Position numbers and translations under genes: made by a program. Of a stretch of DNA of 64,000 bases, positions 1 through 14,894 are shown piece by piece (position 1 is the stretch's first letter; every line of letters starts with the position of its first letter). Source of the stretch: the human T2T-CHM13v2.0 reference genome, Homo sapiens; NCBI RefSeq assembly GCF_009914755.1, contig NC_060930.1, one strand, 5' to 3'. The notes beneath the pieces were generated by a model. That model was given only the letters and a program-made list of their open reading frames with translations, did not search any database and was not told the origin of the DNA.

Positions 1-287
1 TAGCACTTACTGTATTGTTCATAGTTAACTTCTCCATTGCACTAGGAGGTCCCTAGAAGGCAGAGCCCTTAAACTTTTCAATTTTGTATTCCTAGCACAT
101 AGCATAATGGACAACTCACAGGCGGTACAGAACAACTACTTGGAAATTAATGACATTTTATGGGTCTAACTTGTTTTGGAATGGGTTTTCCTTAGGGGCA
201 ATCATACACACGCTGAAGCGGCTACAAGTGTTCCTTCTCAATCTCACAGTTTCAAATGTGAATTACTAACTAGCGAGGATGGAGTCC

Positions 288-465
288 AATGATTTTCAAC
301 CTTGTCTGCTCATTGGGCTCACCTGCAGAGCTTTTAAAACTCCCAACATGCAGGCCATAGCACACAACAATGAAATCAGAATCTCTGTTGGTGGGATGCA
401 GGCATTTGTGTTTTAAAAAACTCCCCAGGTGATTCTAATATACAATTAAGCCTGAGAACCACTAG
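288..465. mobile_element. MER5-type hAT-Charlie MITE
   Basis: Typical MER5 segments 'aaatcagaatctctg', 'ctccccaggtgattct' and terminal 'tgagaaccact'. Confidence 0.75.
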
Positions 466-705
466 TTTGAGTGTTCCTAGGTAGTTAATTTAAAAAACCT
501 TTTCCTGTATGCTCACTATGTAGTAAACACTGCGTTAGGCATTTGGAGGGGAGGTGGGGTGGGAAGGTAGTATTTGGCCCAGAAAGAGGAAGAGCCTCAG
601 AATTTCTATATTAGACATAGTGCTTGCTTTTAGGAAACTGCAGTCCTTACAGCCTCCATGAGCAATAGCAAATGGTGATGGTATCTAAATTGTATGGTTT
701 AAATC

Positions 706-930
706 AAGGTTTCCCAACAGTGGTATTTTGGGTTAGATAATTCTTGATTGTGGGAGGCTGTCCTTGGCATTGTAGGATGTTTTGAAGCATCTCTGGCCCC
801 TACCCACTAGATGCCAGTAACAAGCAAAAGCACTCCTCACTTCCTACTGCCACAGTATATAACAACCAAAAATGTCCAACATGTCCAAATGTTCCCTGGG
901 AGTAAAGTCATCCTTTGTTGAAAACCATTG
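706..930 (-). mobile_element. MER20 hAT-Charlie element
   Basis: Reverse complement of the MER20 core: 'cattgtaggatgttt...ctctggcccctacccactagatgccagta...aaccaaaaatgtc'. Confidence 0.85.
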
Positions 931-949
931 ATATAGAGCTCAGTGTAGC

Positions 950-1172
950 ATCCTTTGCAAGACCCCCAGGTGATCTGTATGCACATTAAAGTCTGAGAAA
1001 CACGCACTGGTTTAAAGCAGTGATTCCCGAAGTGTGGCCCGTGAGCAGCATCAGCATCATCTGGGAACTTGTTGGAAATACATCCTCAGTCCCCACCCCA
1101 GACCTACTGAAACCAAAACTTTGCTTCGGTAAGTCCTTTGGGTGATTCTCACACTTAGGTTTCAGGGCCACT
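950..1172. mobile_element. MER5B-like fragment followed by MER5A-like MITE
   Basis: 'ccccaggtgat...tgcacattaaagtctgagaa', then 'cagtgattcccgaagtgtggccc...agcagcatcagcatcatctgggaacttgtt...cccagacctactgaa'. Confidence 0.7.
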
Positions 1173-2299
1173 AACTAAAGGGGAAAAGGAGATTGGATGC
1201 ACTGGAGCAATCAAAAAAGTCTTAGGAATAGAGCTTGATTTGGGCCTTGAAATTGAATAGGCGGTGGGGAGGGTATTCCAGGTGCAGAGAACAGCATGAG
1301 AGAGGATTTTCAGATGTAAATTAGCCCACACTCTTAAACTGCCAAGCCCCTCTTTTTCTCCTTTTCCCCTTAACTTCCTCAATCTGTTTGTTTTCTTGTG
1401 TTTTGGATAGAAAACGGTCTCCTCTGCAATTTATACTCCATGATGTGTTCATCAGCTTGCTCAAGTAATTCTTTGAGAATCTCAACAAAATGATCACTTG
1501 CAAAAACACAGGAGTGTGTTTTTGAAAAGTTGTGAATAATCAAATTTACCATCAGACATATGTACAAATCAGTACATATTTACAAATGTATTTCTCATTT
1601 ACAAGGATTTTATATTGCAAACCATTTTTATAAAGTTAATAGCAATCCCCCAAGGGATATTTTTGGTGACTATAAATACAGATGTTTCTATCAAAAAATC
1701 TAGCATCCCAAATCTACCCTCAAATCTGCAACTAGAATGATATTTCTAACCCAGAAAATCTGATTCCTTTGTTTCCATGTTCAAAGCCTTTCAACGTCTC
1801 TCCATTGCCCCTATACAAAATGCAAACTGCTTACCATTTTTCACATGATTTTTTACCACCTGGATCCTATATATTTCTCATCTATAGACTATGGGCAAAA
1901 AAAATCTACAATAAACAAAATATCAAAAAATTAGGTGAAGACAGGCTGCTGTTATTTGTTTTATGACCCTGGGTTATTGTGGAACAGGAATTCCAATCGG
2001 CCCAAGGTTGGCCAGGACAGACCTTGTCAATGAGAGTTGACAATGGCACGGGAACAGATTGGACAATGTGGAACTTTATATGCAGTCATTTTTTTTTTTA
2101 TTGTAGAGCTTGTATTGACTTCTTCCACAAACTATAGGAACATTTTTGGGTGAATGTACACTATAGGGATGCATATTCCTTTTGCCTCAGGCTCCAGGGT
2201 GACTCCACATAGCACTGAATCAGAGTGTTCCTTCCTCCTAATTGATCTGGGAGATCAAATGAAGGCTGATAGGGAATCTTGGGGATGTTGATTTGGATG

Positions 2300-3170
<871 letters not shown>

Positions 3171-3259
3171 GGTGGTGGTGAGAGAAGGTCAGCCAGCTGA
3201 CTGAGATTTTTAGCTTCAAGTATGCCTTGCCCAATTCCTTGCCACCCTTCATCTTTTGC

Positions 3260-3692
3260 CTTCATGGCCCCAGCCACCCAGGGCCATTTGCATATCCCCA
3301 ATACCATGGTCTCTCTCAAGTCTAGTCCTATGCACACATTGGCACTCTTGCCTAGAAGGTTCTTACTGGTGTCTTTTCACCTGGACAACTCTTACTTTCA
3401 CTTCACTCTCCATTAGAGGTTGCTTCCTCCAGGAACCCTTTCCTGACCAATGAAGGTGTCAGGAAGTTTGGGCATCCTTCATGTTAGCTCTGTAGCACTC
3501 CATGCTGACCACTCGCGAAAACTCACACAATGCACTCCAATGTAAGAGTTCACCCATCTTCCTCCCCGACTGTACTGTCAGGTCTGTAAGGGCAGGGAGT
3601 GTATCCTGTGCACTGTTGTATCTCCTGAGCCCAGCCCTGTCCCTGACACATAGTAAGTGCTCAATTAGTCATTTATTAAATGAATAAGTGAA
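3260..3692 (+). mobile_element. L2 3' end fragment
   Basis: 'agggcaggga...cctgacacatagtaagtgctcaa...tgaataagtgaa' L2 terminal motif. Confidence 0.7.
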
Positions 3693-4267
3693 CTCATGAA
3701 TATCTGGCTTGAGGGGTTTTATATCTGTATTTTAATCTACAGTTAATGCAGCACTTCTTTTTCCCAAACTAAAATTAATTAACAATGTTAGGCTACATTG
3801 TTCATGTTTTACATACAGCCAGCCTCTATTTTCTTTCTGTACTGCTTTTTCCTTTTTTTTTTCTTCCCGTGCTGGCTTTTCTTTCTGCTCTTGGTGGGGC
3901 CTGGAGTATCTCTGTGGAAAAGTAGAAGGTTCTCACCAAGGAATCCAGCACTGAGCCTGCTGCCCCGAAGTTCCCCAGCATTGCTGCTTTTGTTGTTCCC
4001 CAGCATGCTGGACCAGCAGCAAGGAAATACTGACTCAAGTTCTTGGCTATAAACATCCGTGGAGAAATGCTTTCTCCAGAGATGGACCCATAAGTGGAGG
4101 AGGCAAAGAACATAATTCCTGTATATTGACCAGGCATCATTTACCACTTAAATGGAGGAGGGCCAGTCAGTATGTTCAGGAAAGGGGCTGCGGACCTCGA
4201 TTTTTTTTCAGGTGTAATTAAAGATACCATTCCCTAGCGATGTCCTGCTTAGAATTCAATTAATCTG

Positions 4268-4480
4268 GTGCATGTGCACACACATACGCACATGTACATA
4301 TACATGCACATATATACGTGTAAACACACATATACTCGTGTATCTATATGCTTATACACATATTTATATATTTGCATATGTGTATGTATACCATACATAG
4401 GTATATATGCATATGTAGCTACATATAGGTATACACATATGCATTTATGTAATCATACAAATACAGAGACAATATACATA
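4268..4480. repeat. Degenerate (CA)/(TA)/(TG) low-complexity tract
   Basis: Visible alternating purine-pyrimidine sequence. Confidence 0.85.
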
Positions 4481-4551
4481 TTTTCAGTCCTAAAATTTTA
4501 ATAACTTAGGTCAGGGGTTAGCAAACTTTTTCTGTAAAAGATCAGAGAGTA

Positions 4552-5215
<664 letters not shown>

Positions 5216-6591
5216 TGTGGGCCTTACTTTCTCTGATGCAACTATTCAGCTCTACCATTGTAGTTGAAAACAGGCATAGACAAATTATTAGCAAATGAGG
5301 TTGGCTATGTTCCAATAAAACTGTATATACAAAACAGCAGTGAGCTGCACTAGGTATACCAATCATAGTGTGCCAACCTTTTCCTTAGACTATAGGTATG
5401 ACTAGAGCATTCAGTAAATGGCATTTAAAACAAAATTACCTAAACGTTAGGACAACCATATAAGTATTGGGTATTTTCTTACCAAATACTATGGTAAAGT
5501 ACAAATTCTGTGGACAAGAACATAACGTATGTCCTCCAACTCGTAGACTCTACATTCATAAAAATTAAGATAACAACCACCTGTTACAGAAGGACTTATC
5601 CAAATGGTATGTATTTCTTCATTGTTCATCTTTTTGTTGTTTAAATATGTTCAACATGCTTTAGGAAATAAGGTCCACTGTGAATCATTCACATTTCCTT
5701 ATCTATTCAGTGAACGCTCAAGAAGTGGAAGCTTTTTTACTTCCTGCACGTTTCCATAGAAAGCAAAACCTGTATTTCATGTTTTCTCCTTACAAATACT
5801 GAAGGAACCTGCAGAAGCAACAGTGCCCTTTAAAGACAACCAGGTGTTTTAGATATACAACATGTTATTTCTTTCTGAATCACATTCAGCTTTTTGTCAC
5901 AAAATCCCTGGACAAGAATGAAAGCAGGGACTCAGCTCCACCTGGCACGGTGTCAATCAAAAATACCACATGTAGAAGTGATGGCAGCCACAGGAAAGTG
6001 GCAGTCCGAGGTGAATGAATGTCATGGTGACAATTGCCTGAGCATTGTCAAGTCTGAGAAAGATTAAACAGCCATCTTGAAATGGAATGTGTGGTTCGTC
6101 CGAAGTTGCAGCCGGCAATGTGCCTTTTGCAATTTGCAAAAGATCCAAGTACAAAAAGTGATTTAAGACAAGTTCATAAGGGTTGCAGCTCCTGCGAATA
6201 TTTCTGCAGTTAAAACATGGAACATTTTTATGTTTTATATTCCATGGAACATTTTATGGTTAAAACATGGAACAGGTTTTATAAAACATGTTTACGATTC
6301 ACTTTTATTTTTATCAAGCGGATTAGATTGTAGAGAGAAAAGATTGGTGAGTCACTTCTCGACCGTTCACATAGGGTCGAATCTTTAAAACTTTCTAAGT
6401 AACCTTTCTCAGAGCATGCATTTCTAAAACACAAAACCATTCAGCAATCATGGAAGAAAATGCAGAAAACATATTTTGACTTCAGCCTTTGAGAGTATCA
6501 TTGGGTAAGAGGTATCTCAAGATTTATTTTTATTTAACTCTTTCCTCTTTGAAAGAGGTCTACATGAATTATCAGTTTTTCAGAATTAACA

Positions 6592-7089
<498 letters not shown>

Positions 7090-8192
7090 TAAAAATAGTC
7101 TAATAAATCTGACCCCAGTTCAGTTATGACCATTTACCACTCTTCTTTCATTTGTCATGTCACTGTGTGAATAAAGTACAAATGGAAGCAGCTCTAGTGG
7201 TATTTTATATGTCCTAAACACACAATAGTGCATCTGGAGGGGATTTGAGCAGCCCACAGTGAAAAGGAGTAACTGAGTAGAAACAAACCAAGGGATATTA
7301 TGGTTGTGACGTGTTCATTGTCTCAACTTCCTGAGACTTATAGACAGTTTCTGAATACCTCAAAAAAGCACTAAATCTGGCTAAAATACCTAACAACCAC
7401 AATGATACCCAAACTCAGTGAAAGATGGAAATTAAAATGGAATAACTCATAGGATCCGATTGTTGAATGATGGATATGGAAAAAAAGAACAAGGCACAGA
7501 CAGGCTTTAGACCACCAAAGTCATGTAACTAAATATCACACAATCAGATGCAAGTTAAAAAAAGTCTCTGTATACCTCATAATCCCTGCTGCTTGGTCAC
7601 AGTGTAGCATTTCCACAGCAGTTCTCCTTGGCCTGGAGAGGGTAACAGCTTCTCCTTTATGTTCACCATTCACCCCCTGTACTGGATTTTTCTCCACCTT
7701 GTCGCCTCCTCTCCAGGTTTTCTCCTGCCAAGAAGGGAGATGAGTGCCTGCAAACAGCACTGATTTGACAGTAGCCAGCATCAGGACTCAAGAAGCCAGG
7801 GATCCCTGCTCAGCAGGCCAATCAGAGAGATCCCATTATGCAAGGGGCTGCTGAGGGACTATTTGTCCCGAACTGGAGGCAGAAAACTGAAGGATGCCCT
7901 TTTAGAGTTTGTATGGGTTGTTTTTGGAGAGAAGCCATGCCATTTTTTTGTTTTGTTTTGTTTTGTTTTACTGGCATCTAGTTTGTGTGTGTGTGTGTTT
8001 GTATGTATGTGTGCATGCGCACGTGTGTGCATGTAAATCTGCTGTCTTTGAAGGGAGACAAACATTTTTCCAGTTCCTTCCTTAAGGTACTTTAGTATTC
8101 TCACATTTTAATTCCCCATTGTTTTAATTCCAACCATCCAAATATGTTATGATCTGAATCAAAAGCTAGTACCCCAAATGTATTCAAATAGG

Positions 8193-8194
<2 letters not shown>

Positions 8195-8232
<38 letters not shown>
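8195..8232. repeat. (AC)19 microsatellite
   Basis: Perfect dinucleotide run. Confidence 0.97.
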
Positions 8233-8236
<4 letters not shown>

Positions 8237-8891
8237 CTGTGTCATCCATTCTATTACCCCCAACATCATGGTATTAATTAGTGAATTCTTTCACCCTTAA
8301 GCTACAGCTGATAGCTTTGCACCAGGAGAATTTCTCTGCCTATTTCCCTATCTGGCAGAGCTAACAGGATTGGAGTGGCTACTCCTGCAGTAACACTTCA
8401 CACTGTTGTGGTCACCAGAGGTTGAAGGAGGCCCTGGGGTTTTCATCTACGAGGCTGACTCTGACCGGGTTGTCCGTAGATTTAGACTAGGTTCCACCTT
8501 AATCAAACCAAATACAGCTCAAAATGTTTCTCCAGCAGATTACAAATCAATTTACCAGACAAAACTCCCCATTAATCCATAAGTGTCATAGAGCGACCTG
8601 CACAGACCTGCAGAGCATCTATACAACAATGATATTTTGTGTTCTGATTTTCCTACCTGTGCAATTGTAAAATATCCCTAAATAGCCGGTATTTATAAGT
8701 TTTCATTTGAAAGAAGCATAAGAAATCTATGTCTCATCTTAGTCAATGAAAAAAAATTATCCTTAACTGTGAACAAAGTCAGAGACATAGTCTCTCACAA
8801 GTGGGAATGAAGAAATTATGCAGGACCTATTTAGCTTCTGGTGAATGTGGCAGGTATTTCCAAGGGGTGTTTCAAAAATAAAATCCCTATG

Positions 8892-8894
<3 letters not shown>

Positions 8895-8937
<43 letters not shown>
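8895..8937. repeat. (AT)n microsatellite, about 21 units
   Basis: Perfect dinucleotide run. Confidence 0.97.
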
Positions 8938-8940
<3 letters not shown>

Positions 8941-9433
8941 TTACCGATCAAAAGATATGCCATTATATACATCACCTTCTTCTCCTGTTTAACTTGACAT
9001 TTTCTTCATGATCACTGAGCTCTGGGATCCCAGCCCTCCTACAATAGTGCTCTCCTGCCATGGTGACTCACTAACTTGTTCGTTTCAAAAGTGTTCTCAG
9101 ATGATGAAAGCAATAGAACATTCAGAAAATAAAATAAAACTCTACAATTCTATGCCCAGCACAAAAGCTGCTCTAAGGTTTATATATTTCCTTCCAGGCT
9201 TTTTAAATTTTGAATCCTTACTTTAAAATATTTCTGTTAAACAGGCATGAGAAATCATTATAGGAAAATGAGACTACAACAGAAAATCATAAAAGGAAAA
9301 CAATTAGAATACTCTCTAATCCCTCCACTCAGAAATAAATACTGTTAACATGTATACAGTTTTTCTTTCTCTTTCCATATACCAACACATGTTTTTAAAG
9401 GATTACTTTTCAATGCTCATGCCTCTTTCTGCC

Positions 9434-9600
9434 TTCATTCATTCGTTTATTCATTTGTTCAATAAACATTAATTGAGCACCTACTATAATACCAGCCAGC
9501 ACTTTACTAGAGTTAAAACAATGCACAAAAAATGGCATGGCCTCTCATGGTTCTCATGATTCTTATAGTCTACAGGGGAAGATAGATCTCAAACAAATAA
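9434..9600 (-). mobile_element. L2 3' end fragment
   Basis: 'ttcattcattc...caataaacattaattgagcacctacta'. Confidence 0.7.
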
Positions 9601-11302
9601 TTACTACTTTTTCTTTGAGGAATAAATTGTATTTGTCTTCAGGCCTTAAAGTCTCATCTGTCTTTTCAAATCTCTCTTGCCACCTCACCCCCACAAATTC
9701 CAATCTCCCTCTGCTTTTGTTCATTATTAAACCTTCATCACAATTCAAGTGAAAGGTGTCCTGGAACTCTCTGTTCTTTTTTTGAAGAGTTCATCCCCTG
9801 TGTCCTCCAGGCACAGGTGAGTCACTGAGCTGGGAGGTGGCTCTGTGGAGTACGGACTGTACCACCAAGTGGCCTTGCACAAGTTTTTGATAACACCTAC
9901 CAGAGCCACGAGAGTTCTGAGAATTCTCCCCACAGGAAGAGGAAGCATTTGGAATAGGAAGTAAGACTGAGCTGCCAAATATAGCACAGCTATATAAGAA
10001 GCCAGGTTGAGAAAGAGGAAACATGCACTCTTTTCAGCTGCCAGGCAGCACTTTGCTTTGGGGAAAAACAAACAAACTGTGCCATGGCTGAAAGCCTAGA
10101 GGAGCTGGAACTCAAATGCTGTGTGGTGTGCCTGCTGGGACCCTGTGGCTCTGGAATGGAACGCTGTGGGAATCCCAGTGCCAGGCTCTGGGAGGGTCTC
10201 TTGCTCAACCAAAAGCAGGGAGAGTTCTCCATAACCAAGGGCCTGCAGCAATTATTTGATTAACTTCACCAAGTTTCTGCTCTGTTTTCTGTTTTGGCTA
10301 TGGTGACATGGACTTTTGTTATTATTATTATTAGTCTTCTTAATACTGCTGGAGAGAATGGCCAGTATCTTAATATCTTCAATAGATAAAGAAAAGCCTA
10401 TTAAAGGCAAAATACCATGAACAGAGGCTATTCTGTGTCTACACGGTAAGCTGGATCTTCTAGTCCACCTGAGTAGTGGCCTGCTTCTCAGAGGAGGTAA
10501 CTTCTCTGATATTGTTGGTCTTATCCTGTGGGTTGAAGAAGTGAGCACAAAGGACCTGCTGATTCATTTTCACATTCTCATCACTGACACTGCCTGCTCC
10601 ACCACGGGCGCTCAATACTATGACAAATCCTCACTTGGTCAATTTTGTGAATGTGACATACTGAAAAATGTTACCATAAATAAAATGAGTGGGTTTTCCC
10701 TATGTACATAATAAGCAAGATATGATCAAATGAAGTTTCACTTTACCAATATGCAGGCAATTATTATCTTTATAATTGTTACTTCATTTTCCTTTGGCCT
10801 CTCTAAAAGTCCTGTGCTCTCTGACCTTATTCTTCTTCCCCAGACACCTTGCACTCTTGGCCCTTCCTTCCTGCCCTCCCCATCTTCCTTCTCGGTGATC
10901 TTAGGCACCCCCATGGCTTCAACTGTATCATCTCTGTCAATAACTCCACATTTACATCCATGCCCAGGCTTTTCTCCCCGGCCCCAGAGCTGTTCTTCCA
11001 ACTGCTGTAGACATTTCTACATTGATATCCGGGAGGGACCTCAAACACAACATACCAACAAATAAGCATGCTGTAGCCCCACCTGCCCTCACCCCTAGTT
11101 TGCCCCCGACCTCTATTTCCTATCATGTTTAGTGGCATCATCCCAGGCAACCAATGCTGGAAACACTGGAAATACCTCCAATGAAAATGTCAAATGGAAC
11201 TGTTTCTGCCTTATTTTTATTTTTTAAAAATATTTTAAAACTATTTTTATTAAAATCAGTAGTAAGAATCTGCCTCATGTTTTACTGTGATGCCAAGACA
11301 AG

Positions 11303-11862
11303 CATGGTAGCTGAATGATGGTCCCCCAAACACATCCACATGCTAGTCTCTAGAACTGCATGGTGAAAGGGACTTTGCAGATATAATTAAGTTAAGCATT
11401 TTTTTTTTCAACCATGTTGGTCAAGCTGATCTCGAACTCCTGACCTCGTGAGACACCCGCCTCGGCCTCCCAAAGTGCTGGGATTACAGGCGTGAGCCAC
11501 CGTGCCCAGCTAAGTTAAGGGTCTTGAGATGGGGAGATGGCCCTGGATCATGCAGGAGGGCCTGATGTACTCAAAAGGGTCCCCATAAGAGGGGTCAGTC
11601 AGAGAAAGAGATGTGAGGACAGTGGCAAAGGCTGAAATGCTGTGGCCACAAGCGAAGGTGGCTCTAGAAGCTGGAAAAGGCAAGGAAACAGGCTCCAAGC
11701 CTTGAGGGGAATGCAGCCTTTGAGTTAAGCCTTGTAAGATCCATTTTGGACTTCTGGCCTATAAGACTTGGACTTCTGGCCTATAAAACATAATAAAATT
11801 ACACTGTTTTAAGCCACTATATTTTGGGTAATTTGTTACAGTAGCAATAGGACACCAATACA
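11303..11862 (+). mobile_element. MaLR LTR (MLT1D/MLT1C-like) with an inserted Alu left arm
   Basis: 'aagggactttgcagat..aattaagttaagg.tcttgagatggggagat', 'tagaagctggaaaaggcaagga' and terminal 'tgttttaagccact...taatttgttacagtagcaatagga...aataca'. Confidence 0.85.
11399..11510 (-). mobile_element. About 100-nt Alu left-arm-only insert with poly(A)
   Basis: Alu nt 1 to about 102 followed directly by an A-run; flanked by taagttaag at 11388-11396 and 11511-11519. Confidence 0.9.
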
Positions 11863-13306
11863 ATAAGAGATTTCAGATATGAAAGGGAGCAGGAGATGAT
11901 TTCCAAAGAAAGTGGCCTCTCTGACATCTGCTCCAAGAATAAAAGTGGTAGAAATTGGTCAGGATGCCAAGGAAATTTGATGAGGAGATAGGCAAGATGA
12001 TGGCTCTGGAGGAGCCATTGGCATTTGTGGGTCTCCTTCCATTCCCTCTAGGGAAGTGCCAGGGTTGAGAAGCACTGTTCTTGGCAGTTCAGCAGGTGCT
12101 ACTTTCCACTTGGTATATTGGGAAACTAAGCAGGGAGAGGTCAATAGCTTGCTTGAGCTCATGTAGCTTGTTAGGGATGAAGCCAGGACACTGATGCAGG
12201 ATGGCTCTTGTCCATGCTGACTGCTGCCTCACCTCAGAGAAGGCAACAAAAGCAGAGACTGGAGCTCTAATTGATGCAGGGTCTTGCTGGTGGCATCCCA
12301 CTGCTCTTGGCTTCAAAAGCATGGGCGAGTGATGTTGGTCTCGTGGGGAAAGGCAAGCCCCTCGCAGTAGGGAGCACAAAGGGAAGAGGAGCTTACTAAG
12401 ACCAGTGTCAAAAACAGGAGAAGACCTGCTTCTGTAAGCAGGTCAGACAGAATACAGTGTTCTTTATCCCTTGCTTCTCTGCCTTTCAACCTTTATCTTG
12501 ATTAGCAGTTTCTCTGAATTCACTTTCCTCTTTCTGGTAACTCAATCCTAAATACTCCAGCCTGAGTTGTTAATTTGGTCGATTAAACAAGAGAAATCCC
12601 TTAGAAATCGTCTTACCATTCTGAAGTCCATATTCCTCCAGAAATATTTACTTCTGCCAGATAAATACCAATGAATTCGTAGGAAATGTTTCCTCCATTT
12701 TAACTTTGATCAAACTTCATTCAAAACCATGAAACCAAAAGAAGAAACCACAAAGCTCGTTACCACCCAGATGGCTCCCAGCTTATGAATAAGTTGTATT
12801 CCAAAAGTTGGCTTGTAAATCAGCGGTTCAGTATGTATGGTGGCCTTTCCCGCAGAAACCGTGTTTTAAATGGTGGTCAAGTTTCAAGCTCTCCCATAAA
12901 GTCTATCTAACTCATGAGATAACAAGTAATATTAACAGATAATAGAATTCCAGAAATTCTTTATGATTATTTTTTGGGAGGAAAGCAGGATAAGGAAAGA
13001 ACGATACTTCCTGTGGGTGGAGGTGGGGACTCAACTGTCTCCAAGCAAAGAGGCCACACAGCCTTCTACTGCCCTGGGCCAAGTGGGTTTTGTGGCCAGC
13101 AGGAAAGGCCCTGTGGTGTGGCATGAGGCAGGAGAGCATGGGAGAACGGATGCCCAGAAGAACTTCCAGGAGAGAGTTAGGAGGAAGTAGTTCAGAGAGA
13201 CAGAGGATCAAGAACAGCTTCAAGAGAAGAGAAAACTGGAGAGGAAGCAAATGGAAAATGTTTACAGGTATTATAGTAGGTTATGAGTTTAATTCTTTTT
13301 AATGTT

Positions 13307-13726
13307 TGCTATAGTTTGAATGTTTGTCCCCCATTAACCTCAGGTTAAAATTTAATCCCAATGTTGGAGGTGGGGCCTAATGGAGGTGTTTGGCCATGGG
13401 GACAGATCCCTCATGAACAGTCTCGTGCCCTCCCTGGGGATGATTGAATCATCACTATATTAGTCCCCTCTTCCCACCAGAGCTGGTTGTTAGAAAGAGC
13501 CTGGCCCTCCTTCCTCCCCCTTTCCTCCTCTGTCACCCCATGAGCTCTACAGAGCTGGCACCCCTTCACCTCCCGCCTTGAGTGGAAGCAGTCTGACGCC
13601 TTCACCAGATGCAGATGCTGGTGCGAGGCTTCGTGTACAGCCTGCGGAACCATGAGCCAGATAAGCCTCTTTACTTGACAGATTACACAGTTTTTCCTTT
13701 AGGGCAAAACAAAATGAACTGAGACA
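13307..13726 (+). mobile_element. MaLR LTR (MSTB-like)
   Basis: 'tgctatagtttgaatgtttgtccc...aatcccaatgttggaggtggggcct...cagcctgcggaaccatgagcca...aactgagaca'. Confidence 0.85.
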
Positions 13727-14894
13727 GTGTCCTTCAAGAGATTCAAGTGAAAATTAGAATTATTTTAAAATTACTTTTTCTTGTTAGATGGCATTTTTTG
13801 ACTAGAACTCTATACTAGGATTGGGCTATGGGAGCGCCAGGATTTATATGGGCTTTATAAGTAGGAGCCTGTGCTATAGATCCTATATTATTCAGGCAAG
13901 CAGGAAAGAAAAGATTTCCTTCCACTTCCACTCCGTAAACGTTTCTTAAGCCAACATTTTTTTAGTGCTTGCTAGGTCTCTGGTGCTACAAGGGACACTA
14001 GACAGGATGAGATACAAAAATAAATAAGATGGACTTCTTGCCTTTGAGGAGCATATAGGTTATAGGGGAAGACACCACTGCCAACAAATGATCCCCATGC
14101 GTGCTACACTAGAAGTGTGTGCAAGTAGCATAGGGACACAGATAAAGAATGGCTTCTCTGCCTGGGTGGTTGGGAAAGGTTGTTCTCTCTAGTTGGGACC
14201 CTGCTTGAGTCTGTCCCTTATATCTTCTGCCTTCAAATATCTTCCCATGTTACTTCATCCTGTTCTTCACTTTTTCATCTACAGAATCTATGAAAAAAAA
14301 TTTGTTTTTACAATGACTCATTGGAAAAGAAGAATTTGGCAATGAGCAGTGGAGGGAGGCTAGGAATGCCAACAGAAATGGTGGTTACATGTTTTAATAT
14401 TTTATAAATTTTATAAATTAGGAATTGGGTTTATATATATGTCCACATATGTATATGTACATGTAGGTATATATGTGTGTGCATGTATATAATGTGTGCA
14501 TATATGTGTGTGCATTGTAATCAAAAGGAAGTCTCCAGAAGGAGCAGTTTCCCAGGATCCAGTCTTCTGGTGAGACACTGGGGATGACACGGGGATTGAC
14601 AGGGCTCCAGGCATCACTGCCACATTACTTTGGATCTTGTATCTGAACTCTAGAATATGTCACATAGTCATCAAACCACAGTTTAGTCTGCTTTTCCACA
14701 AAGGAAAACTTTATCTGTTGGCCTGTGTTACACTATAATGTGTGAGGGGAATTGGATGGTGTTACATCGGGAAGCCAAGCAAAGTTTATTGTTTCTTGGG
14801 ATTACATTCTTATATTTTTATATTCTTTAATAAAGCACAGGCTGGAGCATAAGTAAAAGGAAGCAAGTTCTTAACTACTAAAAATTGACTGCAT

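Noticed and set aside
4268-4501. His/Tyr/Thr-rich ORF
   Set aside because: It is a translation of a degenerate CA/TA microsatellite.
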